Assembly (NCBI GenBank): GCA_046292095.1
Contig: JBKBRS010000002.1
Span: forward strand, 1 to 39,694
Direction: 5' to 3'
From: Thiobacillaceae bacterium
GTDB lineage: Bacteria > Pseudomonadota > Gammaproteobacteria > Burkholderiales > Thiobacillaceae
Length of the DNA stretch: 39,694 nt
In this document: positions 21,267 through 29,701 of the stretch, one piece after another
Position numbering within the stretch: the stretch's first letter is position 1
Layout of the letters: the number at the start of each line of letters is the position of its first letter
The notes under the pieces: generated by a model
Database searches by the model: none
Told to the model about the DNA's origin: nothing
The model's input: only the letters and a program-made list of their open reading frames with translations
Program-made: the position numbers and the translations under genes

Positions 21267-22823
21267 ATGCACACCCCCCCTCACCCCTCACCCCTCACCT
21301 CTCACGCCCTCTGGGACTGGCGCCTCCTCCCCCTCCTCTTGCTGCCCTTTCTCGGGCTCTGGGCGGCGCCGCTCACCGACCTCGACGAGGGGGCCTTCAC
21401 CGCCTCCACCCTGGAAATGTTCCTGCGCGGCGACTTCCTCTCCAGCTATCTCATGGGCGAGCCGCGCCATGACAAGCCCATCCTGATCTATTGGCTGCAG
21501 GCGGCCTCGGTCACCATCTTAGGCTTCAACGAGTGGGGCTGGCGTTTCCCCTCGGCGCTCGCCGCCGCGGTTTGGATCGGCCTCACCCACGCCTTCGTCG
21601 CCCGTGTGGCGGACCGCGAGGCGGCGCTGACCGCCGCCCTGGTGATCGCCACCGCGGCGGGACTGACGCTGATCCAGCGCGCCGCCACGGCCGATGCCCT
21701 GCTCAACCTGTGGCTCGCCGCCGCCGGCTATGCCGCCTGGCTCTGGATCGAAGAGGGAAAGCCACGCTGGCGCTACGCGAGCCATGCCGCCATGGCCCTG
21801 GGCTTCCTCACCAAGGGGCCGATCGCCGTCCTGGCGCCGGCGGGGGCGGTGTTTCTGTGGTGCGCGAGCCGGCGCGAGCTCGCGCGCTTCTGGCGCTGGG
21901 CCCTGGCCCCCGGGCCGGTCGCCCTGTTTTTAGCCATCGCCGCGCCCTGGTTCGTCGTCCAGACCTGGCTGGAGGGCACGGGCTTCCTCACCGGCTTCTT
22001 CCTCAAGCACAACGTCGGCCGCTTCGGCGGTGCGATGGAGGGGCATGGTGGCGGCCCGCTCTACTATCTGCCGGTGGTGCTGCTGTCGCTGCTACCGCAC
22101 ACGGGCCTGCTGCTCGCTGCCATGTGGCGTATCCGTGCGGCCTGGCAAGACCCCCTGCAACGCTATGGGCTCCTCTGGTTCGGCCTGGTCTTTCTGCTCT
22201 TCTCACTCTCCAGCACCAAGCTCCCACACTACGTCTATTACGGCTATGGCGGACTCACCCTCGTCCTGGCGCTGCAGGGCGCGGCCTCGGGCAACCGCTG
22301 GCTGCTCCTGGCCCCTGGCGCGGTGTTCTTCGCCCTACTGCTCCTGCTGCCCGAGATCCTCGCCGGCCAGCTGCCGCGTCTGAAACCCGACGACCGTGTG
22401 CTGGCGGCGGGGTTGGAGGAGGTCTTCACGCCCGCCTACTGGCTGTGGTTCGGCGGCGCCCTGGCCCTGAGCCTGGCGCTCATCGCCCTGCCGCGCGCGC
22501 ATCTGCGCCTGGGCCTTTATGCCCAGGGCGTGATCGCCGCCCTGGGGCTCGCGCTCCTGCTCATCCCCGCCGCCGGCGAGCTGCAACAGGGCCCCATACG
22601 CCAGGCCGGCAGACTCGCGGCCGGTCTCGACGGACCGCTGGTCATGTACGGTGTGAACGTGCCCAGCTTCCAGACCTATGCCGGCCGCCGGGTGGAGCGG
22701 CGCGCACCGCGCACGGGCGACCTGGTGCTCACCCGAGAAAGCCAGCTCGTCAAGCTCCCCGCGGCCGAGTTGATCTACCGCGAGCGCAGTTATGTGCTCG
22801 TGCGCGTGAGGGGTGAGGGGTGA
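21267..22823 (+). CDS. ArnT-like GT39/GT83-family (PMT_2) lipid-carrier-dependent glycosyltransferase, copy 1
   Basis: 518 aa polytopic protein. N-terminal 'LDEGAF...EM...GD...HDKPILIYWL' matches the ArnT/PMT loop motif. Confidence 0.85.
   Translation: MHTPPHPSPLTSHALWDWRLLPLLLLPFLGLWAAPLTDLDEGAFTASTLEMFLRGDFLSSYLMGEPRHDKPILIYWLQAASVTILGFNEWGWRFPSALAAAVWIGLTHAFVARVADREAALTAALVIATAAGLTLIQRAATADALLNLWLAAAGYAAWLWIEEGKPRWRYASHAAMALGFLTKGPIAVLAPAGAVFLWCASRRELARFWRWALAPGPVALFLAIAAPWFVVQTWLEGTGFLTGFFLKHNVGRFGGAMEGHGGGPLYYLPVVLLSLLPHTGLLLAAMWRIRAAWQDPLQRYGLLWFGLVFLLFSLSSTKLPHYVYYGYGGLTLVLALQGAASGNRWLLLAPGAVFFALLLLLPEILAGQLPRLKPDDRVLAAGLEEVFTPAYWLWFGGALALSLALIALPRAHLRLGLYAQGVIAALGLALLLIPAAGELQQGPIRQAGRLAAGLDGPLVMYGVNVPSFQTYAGRRVERRAPRTGDLVLTRESQLVKLPAAELIYRERSYVLVRVRGEG
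21277..21305. repeat. Left arm of the inverted repeat: (CCCCTCA)x3 plus a degenerate unit, preceded by a C7 run (21274-21280)
   Basis: Read directly. Codons 3-13 of the first GT39 gene. Confidence 0.95.
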
Positions 22824-22832
22824 GGGCTGAGG
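22806..22832. repeat. Right arm of the inverted repeat: GTGAGGGGTGAGGGGTGAGGGCTGAGG
   Basis: The reverse complement matches 21279-21305 at 25/27 positions. It spans the stop of GT39 copy 1 and the GTG start and SD of copy 2. Confidence 0.95.
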
Positions 22833-24304
22833 CGTCGTCCAGTGCGCGGACGGCCGTCTGGCTGATCCTCGCCCTGCTGCTGCTTACCGCTTGGCGCGTG
22901 CTTGCGGTCTGGCACCGCGAGCTCGAACTCTACGCCGACGAGGCGCAATACTGGAGCTGGTCCCTCGCCCCCGACTGGGGCTATTACTCCAAGCCGCCCA
23001 TGGTGGCCTGGCTCATCCACGTGAGCACGCGGCTCTTCGGCGACTCGGAGCTGGGGGTGCGCGCCGCTACCTTTGTGCTCTGGCCGATGACTGCTGGGGT
23101 GGTCTGGTTGCTCACCCGCCGTCTGTTCGCGGGCGAGCCCTGGCGCGAGCGCGCCGCCTTCTGGTCGGCCCTGGCCTTTGCCACGCTGCCCATGACCGCC
23201 CTGGGCGGTGTGTTGATCACCACCGATGGCCCCCTGCTCTTCTTCTGGGCGCTCACGCTCTATTTCCTCGCCGGGGCGATCGAGCACGACCGCTGGGGCG
23301 ACTGGCTGGCGGCGGGTATCGCCGCCGGTCTGGGGCTCATGTCCAAGTACAGCATGGTCTTCCTCGCCCCGGCCTTCCTGCTCCTGGTCCTGGCCATACC
23401 CGCCTACCGGCGCCTGCTCACCTCGCCCAAGCCCTACGTCGCCGTCGCGCTCGCCCTCATCCTGCTCGCCCCCAACCTGGTCTGGAACGCCCGGCATGAC
23501 TTCGTCAGCTTCCGCCACACGGCGGAGATCTCGCAGCTCGACCGCGCCTTCATCCATCCCGATGCCCTGCTCGCCTTCGCCGGGGCGCAGTTTGGCGTCT
23601 TCGGCCCCCTCCTGGCGCTTAGCCTCGTCCTCATCGCCTTCAAGCCACGCTGGTGGCGGCAGGATGTGCGGCTCGCCTTCCTCGCCGCCTTCAGCCTGGT
23701 GCCGCTGGCCGCCTTTCTCGCCTTGTCGCTACTGTCGCGCGCCTTTGCCAACTGGGCAGCCTTCGCCTATGTGGCCGGCAGCGTGCTGGTGGTGGTCGTC
23801 TGGGTCGCCGCCGACAAGCGGCGCTGGCTCGCCTGGGCGATCGGCGTGAACCTGGCCCTGGGCGCCTTGCTCTATCACTATCACGATCTCGCCCGCGCCC
23901 TCGACATCCAGCTTACCCGCAAGACCGACCCCTATGCCCGCGTCACCGGTTACCGCGCCTTGGGGCAGGCGGTCAAGCGCCTGCTCGCAGCGCACCCCGA
24001 CGCCCGCCTCATGGGCGACGACCGCAAGACCTTCGCCAGCCTGCTCTACTACGCCCGCCCCCTGAGCCGCGAAGCCGTCTATCTCAACCCCGCGCGCCAC
24101 ATCGACGACCACTACGCCTTGACCGCCGATGTCGCCCAACGCCCACGGGGCAGCTTCATCCTGATCACGCGCACCCGAACCCGTGCGGTGCTCGAACAGT
24201 GGTTTGCCGAGGTGCGCCCTCTTAAGCACTTGCACGTGCGCACGCACCCGGATGCCGCCCTCGACTACCAGGCCTGGTGGGTGCGTGACTTCCTGGGCTA
24301 CTGA
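22820..24304 (+). CDS. ArnT-like GT39/GT83-family glycosyltransferase, copy 2
   Basis: 494 aa polytopic protein with 'YADEAQYWSWSLAPDWGYYSKPPMVAW'. The GTG start overlaps the copy-1 stop (GTGA). Confidence 0.85.
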   Translation: MRAEASSSARTAVWLILALLLLTAWRVLAVWHRELELYADEAQYWSWSLAPDWGYYSKPPMVAWLIHVSTRLFGDSELGVRAATFVLWPMTAGVVWLLTRRLFAGEPWRERAAFWSALAFATLPMTALGGVLITTDGPLLFFWALTLYFLAGAIEHDRWGDWLAAGIAAGLGLMSKYSMVFLAPAFLLLVLAIPAYRRLLTSPKPYVAVALALILLAPNLVWNARHDFVSFRHTAEISQLDRAFIHPDALLAFAGAQFGVFGPLLALSLVLIAFKPRWWRQDVRLAFLAAFSLVPLAAFLALSLLSRAFANWAAFAYVAGSVLVVVVWVAADKRRWLAWAIGVNLALGALLYHYHDLARALDIQLTRKTDPYARVTGYRALGQAVKRLLAAHPDARLMGDDRKTFASLLYYARPLSREAVYLNPARHIDDHYALTADVAQRPRGSFILITRTRTRAVLEQWFAEVRPLKHLHVRTHPDAALDYQAWWVRDFLGY

Positions 24305-24365
24305 GCCCCTGCCGAGGCACCGGCGGCGCTACAATGACGGTTCGATCGTACCCGGAGATCCCAGC

Positions 24366-24776
24366 ATGCAAAGCCGAGCCCTAATCGCCTCTGTCGCCCT
24401 CGCGCTGGCCCTTGTCGCCTGCGGCAAGAAAGAGGAAGCGCCCCCTGCCGCGGCCAAGGCGCCGGCCTCTGACACCCCGGCAGCCCCGCCGCCGGCGACG
24501 CCGGCCGCGGAGGCACCCGCCAACCCACTGGTGGCGACAGGTGAGGCCAAATACCGGACCGTCTGCGCCGTCTGCCATGGCCAGAGAGCCGAAGGCATGG
24601 GCAATTATCCCCGGCTGGCTGGGCAGGGCAGCGACGAGATCCGGTCCAAGTTGCTGGACTACCGTGCCGGCAAGCAGATGGGCCCACTGACCGCCATCAT
24701 GGCGGCCACCGCCAAGGGCCTGAGTGACGAGGACATCGAGGCCTTGTCCGCCTACATCGCCAGCCTCGCGCCATGA
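24366..24776 (+). CDS. Lipoprotein class-I c-type cytochrome (c553/c4-half-like)
   Basis: Lipobox 'LALVAC', Pro/Ala linker, heme site 'CAVCHG', distal 'GPLTAIM'. ATG 24366 is preferred over the track start. Confidence 0.9.
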   Translation: MQSRALIASVALALALVACGKKEEAPPAAAKAPASDTPAAPPPATPAAEAPANPLVATGEAKYRTVCAVCHGQRAEGMGNYPRLAGQGSDEIRSKLLDYRAGKQMGPLTAIMAATAKGLSDEDIEALSAYIASLAP

Positions 24777-24791
24777 TCGCCGCCGCGCGGC

Positions 24792-25538
24792 TCACTGCGC
24801 CGGATTGCTGGCGGGCGGGCCGACCAAGGCCATTTCGGCCCAGGCAGTCGTGCGAAACGGCAAGGTGTGGGCCGCAATCCAGTCGGCCGGTGTCGGCAGG
24901 GGCAGCGAGGGCGTCAGCGCCAGACTGAGGTTCTCCACCCCCGCCGCGACGATGGGGCCGCCGAACGGGTCCCAGGGCGTGTAGACATTGAGCCAGCGGC
25001 CGGCCCGCACGGGTGGGTGCAGCGACTCCGCCATGGTCGCCAACGGCAGTCCCGGATGGAATTGGGCTAGCCAGCGCATCAGGGGCGGACGTCCCAAAGG
25101 CGAGGACAGGCTGATGAAGACCTCGACCGGCGCGCCTGCCTCGCCCTCCGCCAGGGCGAGATAGGCGATCACCGAACCGAGGGAGTGGGTGAGCAGCCAC
25201 ACGGGGCGCCCCTGCGCCTGGGCAGTGGCGAGTTCGGCCTGTAGCGCGGCCATGGCGGTGCGCAGGCCCGCCGCATCGGTGGGTATCCCGCTCCAAGCGA
25301 TGCGGCGTACCTCTGCGCCCGTGGCCTTGGCTAGGGCAGCGGCCAGGGGCGAGCGTTCCAAATAGCCGTCCTCCCATGTGGCGGCGTACTCCGCGGCCCC
25401 GCCGAGGATGGGCGCGAGCAGGCGGTAAGGGTTCACCCCTTCCACCGCCAGGAGGACCGGCGCGGCCTGCACGGCCACCGCCCAGATAAGGCCCAGCGCC
25501 GAAAGCAGCCCACGCGGCGCCGACCTGCAGGGCATCAT
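24792..25538 (-). CDS. Secreted alpha/beta-hydrolase (lipase/esterase-like)
   Basis: Signal peptide and nucleophile elbow 'THSLGS'. ATG 25538 overlaps the upstream methyltransferase stop as ATGA. Confidence 0.7.
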   Translation of the reverse strand: MMPCRSAPRGLLSALGLIWAVAVQAAPVLLAVEGVNPYRLLAPILGGAAEYAATWEDGYLERSPLAAALAKATGAEVRRIAWSGIPTDAAGLRTAMAALQAELATAQAQGRPVWLLTHSLGSVIAYLALAEGEAGAPVEVFISLSSPLGRPPLMRWLAQFHPGLPLATMAESLHPPVRAGRWLNVYTPWDPFGGPIVAAGVENLSLALTPSLPLPTPADWIAAHTLPFRTTAWAEMALVGPPASNPAQ

Positions 25539-26650
25539 GCAGTACCCCAAGCGGCGAACAAGGGGTCACTGTGGTCGCGTTCGCCGCTGTAGGGGTCATC
25601 CTCCGGGCGCTTGAGTCCCCGCAGGGTCTCGCTGTGCAAGTCGGAAAACCCGGCCTCGCGCAGTAACCAGAGGACCAGGCCCAGACGCTCGAAGGGGTGC
25701 AGTTCGGCCCAGATCCGAATCGCCTTGGTGGGAAACCAGCGGTCGGAGAAGGTCAGCACGAACCGGCCGCCGGGCTTGAGCACGCGGCGGACCTCGGCGA
25801 ACACGGCCTGCGGGCTGGTGAGGTATTCCACCGAGGCGGTACAGATCACCAAATCGAAGGTACCGGTGGCAAAAGGCAGGCGGGGGTCGCGGTTGAGGTC
25901 ATGGACGACGTGCTCACTGAGACAGGGGTTGGCGGCCAGCTCGGCGGCGTTCATGCCCAGGCCGCACACCGCGACATCGCAGGGCGCCTCGGGCAGATGG
26001 CTCACCCAGCTCGACATCAAGTCCAGCACACGCAGGCCAGGCTGCAGGAATCGGCCGTAGAGCCGGGCGATCTCGGCGCGGCAGACGGCATCGAGGTGGT
26101 GCACCAAGCGGGGTTGCGCATAAAAGCGCGCGTCCTCGCTGTCGTCCTGGCGGACAAGCGCGCCTTCCGGCAGATAGCAGCGCTGCGGGTGTTCAGGCGG
26201 CGACTGCATGCCGGGGCCGTCGAAGAGCTGCACGAAGCGCGTGCGCGCCGCTGTGGCGTCGCACCGGCGCAGCCGTAATGCCGGGCGGTATCCGGCGAGC
26301 GGGTGGTTGGGTTCGATGACGAAACCCTCCGACCGGATTTCAAGCAAACGGCAGGGCCGCAGATCACGCGCACCGGCACTCATACCTTCGAAGGCAAGCC
26401 TTGGGTAGAAACGCCCCGGTACCGGTGGGACACGCAGACGCCAGGACGTGGCTGGCAGCACGACCTGCGCCTCGCCGCGCGGCTGAAGCCAGCGCTCCGC
26501 TGCGAGCTCAACCACGTCGAGCTGCTCCAGCTGCCGACCTGCCTGGATCAATGCCCCATCGGCCTGCAGCGCCGCCTCGGGCATGACCAGCCGGTCGCGC
26601 TGAGAGGCCATGTCATCGGCCCAGGTAATGCTCGCTTCGATTGCCGTCAT
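25535..26650 (-). CDS. Class I SAM-dependent methyltransferase with an N-terminal FKBP/SlyD-like domain
   Basis: C-terminal 'RVLDLMSSWVSHLP...GLGMN...FDLVICTASVEYL...VLKPGGRFV'. N-terminal 'FVIEPNHPLAGYRPALRLRR' resembles the SlyD 'VDGNHMLAGQNLKF' strand. ATG 26650 has GGAGG upstream. Confidence 0.85.
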   Translation of the reverse strand: MTAIEASITWADDMASQRDRLVMPEAALQADGALIQAGRQLEQLDVVELAAERWLQPRGEAQVVLPATSWRLRVPPVPGRFYPRLAFEGMSAGARDLRPCRLLEIRSEGFVIEPNHPLAGYRPALRLRRCDATAARTRFVQLFDGPGMQSPPEHPQRCYLPEGALVRQDDSEDARFYAQPRLVHHLDAVCRAEIARLYGRFLQPGLRVLDLMSSWVSHLPEAPCDVAVCGLGMNAAELAANPCLSEHVVHDLNRDPRLPFATGTFDLVICTASVEYLTSPQAVFAEVRRVLKPGGRFVLTFSDRWFPTKAIRIWAELHPFERLGLVLWLLREAGFSDLHSETLRGLKRPEDDPYSGERDHSDPLFAAWGTA

Positions 26651-26670
26651 GGTCCTCCCGAGTTCCCAGG

Positions 26671-26689
26671 GCGCACCACTGCGGTGCGC
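26671..26689. promoter_or_regulatory. NtrC-type upstream activator palindrome
   Basis: GCGCACC-actgc-GGTGCGC versus consensus TGCACC-N5-GGTGCA, about 75 bp upstream of the sigma-54 promoter. Confidence 0.5.
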
Positions 26690-26761
26690 ATTGCACCACG
26701 CCAAAGCGTAGCCTAGCCGGATGGTTAAGACAAATCCCAATTAAATCAAAGTAATGGAAAC

Positions 26762-26777
26762 TGGCACATGGATTGCT
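26762..26777 (+). promoter_or_regulatory. Sigma-54 (RpoN) promoter of nirBD-nasA-nasT
   Basis: TGGCACatggaTTGCT with GG and GC exactly 12 nt apart (consensus TGGCAC-N5-TTGC). Confidence 0.7.
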
Positions 26778-26793
26778 ATAGGCCAACTGGACA

Positions 26794-26834
26794 CGCATGC
26801 AGGTGGTGCCATGCGGTCAGGGACAACGGCGTCC
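26794..26834 (+). promoter_or_regulatory. ANTAR (NasT) target region of the nirB leader
   Basis: P1 is CGCATG...CATGCG (26794-26815, loop non-canonical). P2 is GGAC-AACGGC-GTCC (26821-26834, hexaloop A1/G4), and its 3' arm is part of the terminator stem. Confidence 0.55.
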
Positions 26835-26868
26835 GGCGGTGGATACCGCACGGGCGCCGTTTTTTTTT
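26828..26868 (+). terminator. Leader intrinsic terminator upstream of nirB
   Basis: 12-bp GC stem (GGCGTCCGGCGG / CCGCaCGGGCGCC, one bulge, loop TGGATA) followed by T9, then GGAG and ATG 26880. Confidence 0.75.
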
Positions 26869-26879
26869 GGAGTGTCGAC

Positions 26880-29330
26880 ATGAGCAAACCCAGACTCGTG
26901 GTGGTGGGCAACGGTATGGCGGGGATGCGCACCGTGGAGGAGCTGATCAAGCTCGCCCCCGATCTCTACGACATCACCGTATTCGGTGACGAACCCCACC
27001 CCAACTACAACCGCATCCTGCTATCCCCGGTGTTGGCCGGCGAGCAGACCCTCGAGGATATCGTCCTCAACCCGCGCGAGTGGTATGCCGAGCACGGCAT
27101 CACGCTGCACAGCGGCAGCCCGGTGGTGAGAATCGACCGCACCCGCCGCAGGGTGGAAGCAGCCGACGGCCACAGTGCCGACTACGACCGCCTGCTCATC
27201 GCCACCGGCTCGCGACCCTTCATGCTGCCGGTGCCCGGTGTGGACCTGCCCGGCGTCATCGGCTTTCGTGACATCGCCGACGTCCAGACCATGATCGAGG
27301 CGGCCGGGCGCTACCAGCATGCGGTGGTCATCGGCGGCGGGCTACTCGGGCTGGAGGCGGCCAACGGCCTCAAGGCTCGCGGCATGACGGTGAGCGTGGT
27401 GCACATCGCCCCCTGGCTGATGGAGCGCCAGCTCGACGCCACCGCCGCGCGGCTGCTGCAACAGAACCTGGAGGCGCGCGGCCTGCGCTTCCTGCTCGAA
27501 CGTCAGACCGCGGCGCTCGTCGCCGGCGAGTCCGGCCGCGTGTGCGCCGTGCGCTTCAAAGACGGCGAGAGCATCCCCGCCGACCTGGTGGTGATGGCGG
27601 TGGGTATCCGCCCCAACACCGCCCTGGCGGAGTCGGCCGGGCTGTACTGCAACCGCGGTATCGTCGTCGGCGACACCCTGCAGAGCGTGACCGACCCGCG
27701 CGTGTACGCCGTCGGCGAATGCGTGAACCACCGCGGCACGGCCTATGGGCTGGTGGCCCCCCTGTTCGAGCAGGCCAAGGTCTGCGCCAACCACCTCGCC
27801 CGCCACGGGATTGCCCGCTACAGCGGCTCGATGACCGCGACCAAGCTCAAGGTCACCGGCATCGACCTTTATTCCGCCGGCAACTTCATGAGCGGCGCGG
27901 GCTGCGAGGAGATCGTCTTCCAGGATGCCACGCGCGGCATCTACAAGAAGTTGGTGCTCAAGGACAACCGCCTGGTGGGTGGCGTGCTCTACGGCGACAC
28001 CCTGGATGGGGCCTGGTACTTCGAGCTGATGCGCGACGGCACCGATGTCGCCGCCCTGCGCGACCGGCTCATCTTCGGCCGACAGCATCTGGGTGACGCT
28101 GGGCACGGCGACAGCAACGCGCGCGTCCTGCAGATGCCCGACACGGCCGAGATCTGCGGCTGCAATGGAGTGACAAAGGGGAAAATCGTCGCCGCCATCC
28201 GCGACAAGAAGTTGTTCACCCTGGATGAGGTGCGCGCCCACACCAAGGCCTCGTCCTCGTGCGGTTCCTGCACCGGCCTGGTGGAGGCTTTGCTCGCCGC
28301 CACCGCCGGCGGCGACTACTCCACTGCGCCGTCGAAAAAGCCGCTGTGCCCTTGCACTGATCACACCCATGACGAGGTGCGACAGACCATCCGCGAACGC
28401 CAGCTCAAGTCGATCCCGGAGGTGATGCATGCCCTCGCCTGGAGGACGCCCGACGGCTGCCCCAAGTGCCGCCCGGCGCTGAATTATTACCTCTTGTGTG
28501 CCTGGCCGGGCGAGTATGTCGATGACGCCCAGTCGCGCTTCATCAACGAGCGCGCCCACGGCAACATCCAGAGGGACGGCAGCTTCTCGGTGGTGCCGCG
28601 CATCTGGGGTGGGCTCACCAATCCGAGGGAATTGCGCGCCATCGCCGACGTCGCCGAAAGATACAACGCCGCCGAGGTGAAGATCACCGGCGGGCAGCGC
28701 ATCGACCTGTTCGGTATCCGCAAGGAGGACCTGCCCGCCGTCTGGCGCGATCTCGCCGCTGCCGGTTTCGTCTCGGGACACGCCTATGGCAAGGCCCTGC
28801 GCACGGTCAAGACCTGTGTCGGCCGCCGCTGGTGCCGTTTCGGCACCCAGGACTCCACCGGACTGGGCGTGCAGCTGGAGCAGGCCACCTGGGGCTCCTG
28901 GATGCCGCACAAGTTCAAGATGGCCGTCTCCGGCTGCCCGCGCAACTGCGCCGAGGCGACCATCAAGGACTTCGGCGTGGTCTGCGTGGATTCCGGCTAT
29001 GAGCTGCACGTGGGCGGCAACGCCGGCATCAAGGTGCGGGTGACCGACCTGCTTTGCCACGTCAAGACCGAGGCAGAGGTGATCGAATACGCCTGCGCCT
29101 TCATCCAGCTCTACCGCGAGGAGGCCCACTACCTGGAGCGCACCGCCCCCTGGGTGGAGCGGGTGGGGCTCGCCCACATCAAGGCCCAGGTGGTGGAGGA
29201 TGCCGACAACCGCCGGCGGCTCGCCGAGCGCTTCCGCCAGGCGCAGGCGAGCGCCCAGGTCGATCCCTGGAGTACCCGCGCCGCCGGTGCCACGCCACAC
29301 GAATATGCGCCGCTGGCCGTGCTGACCTGA
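26880..29330 (+). CDS. nirB: Assimilatory NAD(P)H nitrite reductase, large subunit
   Basis: 'VVVGNGMAGMR' FAD site, BFD-like 'CGCNGVTKG...CGSCTG', sirohaem/4Fe-4S 'CVGRRWCRFG' and 'SGCPRNCAEA'. Confidence 0.97.
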   Translation: MSKPRLVVVGNGMAGMRTVEELIKLAPDLYDITVFGDEPHPNYNRILLSPVLAGEQTLEDIVLNPREWYAEHGITLHSGSPVVRIDRTRRRVEAADGHSADYDRLLIATGSRPFMLPVPGVDLPGVIGFRDIADVQTMIEAAGRYQHAVVIGGGLLGLEAANGLKARGMTVSVVHIAPWLMERQLDATAARLLQQNLEARGLRFLLERQTAALVAGESGRVCAVRFKDGESIPADLVVMAVGIRPNTALAESAGLYCNRGIVVGDTLQSVTDPRVYAVGECVNHRGTAYGLVAPLFEQAKVCANHLARHGIARYSGSMTATKLKVTGIDLYSAGNFMSGAGCEEIVFQDATRGIYKKLVLKDNRLVGGVLYGDTLDGAWYFELMRDGTDVAALRDRLIFGRQHLGDAGHGDSNARVLQMPDTAEICGCNGVTKGKIVAAIRDKKLFTLDEVRAHTKASSSCGSCTGLVEALLAATAGGDYSTAPSKKPLCPCTDHTHDEVRQTIRERQLKSIPEVMHALAWRTPDGCPKCRPALNYYLLCAWPGEYVDDAQSRFINERAHGNIQRDGSFSVVPRIWGGLTNPRELRAIADVAERYNAAEVKITGGQRIDLFGIRKEDLPAVWRDLAAAGFVSGHAYGKALRTVKTCVGRRWCRFGTQDSTGLGVQLEQATWGSWMPHKFKMAVSGCPRNCAEATIKDFGVVCVDSGYELHVGGNAGIKVRVTDLLCHVKTEAEVIEYACAFIQLYREEAHYLERTAPWVERVGLAHIKAQVVEDADNRRRLAERFRQAQASAQVDPWSTRAAGATPHEYAPLAVLT

Positions 29331-29344
29331 CTGGAGGACACACC

Positions 29345-29692
29345 ATGAACGCACTACACGATGGCTGGATCGAGATCGGACACATCGACGACATCCCGCG
29401 CCAGGGCGCGCGGGTGATCGCCACCCCCGGCGGCAACATCGCCGTCTTCCGCACCGTGGACGACGCCGTCTTCGCCCTGGCCGACCGCTGTCCGCACAAG
29501 GGCGGACCGCTGTCGCAGGGCATCGTGCACGGCCACCAGGTGGCCTGCCCACTGCACGATTGGCGCATCCGCCTGGACACGGGCCAGGCGGTGGCCCCGG
29601 ACGAGGGCTGCGCCGCCCGCTATCCCGTCGAGGTCGTCGCTGGCCTGGTACGGCTGCGGTTGCTGCCGGACAGCGGCTGTCCCAACGCCTGA
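29345..29692 (+). CDS. nirD: Nitrite reductase small subunit (Rieske-fold)
   Basis: 'CPHKGGPL...CPLHDWRI', 115 aa, immediately after nirB. Confidence 0.95.
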   Translation: MNALHDGWIEIGHIDDIPRQGARVIATPGGNIAVFRTVDDAVFALADRCPHKGGPLSQGIVHGHQVACPLHDWRIRLDTGQAVAPDEGCAARYPVEVVAGLVRLRLLPDSGCPNA

Positions 29693-29701
29693 GCCGCCGG
29701 C

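Noticed and set aside
26720-26760. IHF site between the NtrC palindrome and the sigma-54 promoter
   Set aside because: AATCAAagtaATG matches WATCAANNNNTTR only partly. The stretch is AT-rich and plausibly bent, but I cannot support a specific site call.
26754-26879. 42-codon N-terminal extension of nirB suggested by the ORF track
   Set aside because: The region contains the sigma-54 promoter, the leader hairpins and a T9 terminator. ATG 26880 has a GGAG SD and begins the canonical MSKPRLVVVGNGMAG FAD motif.
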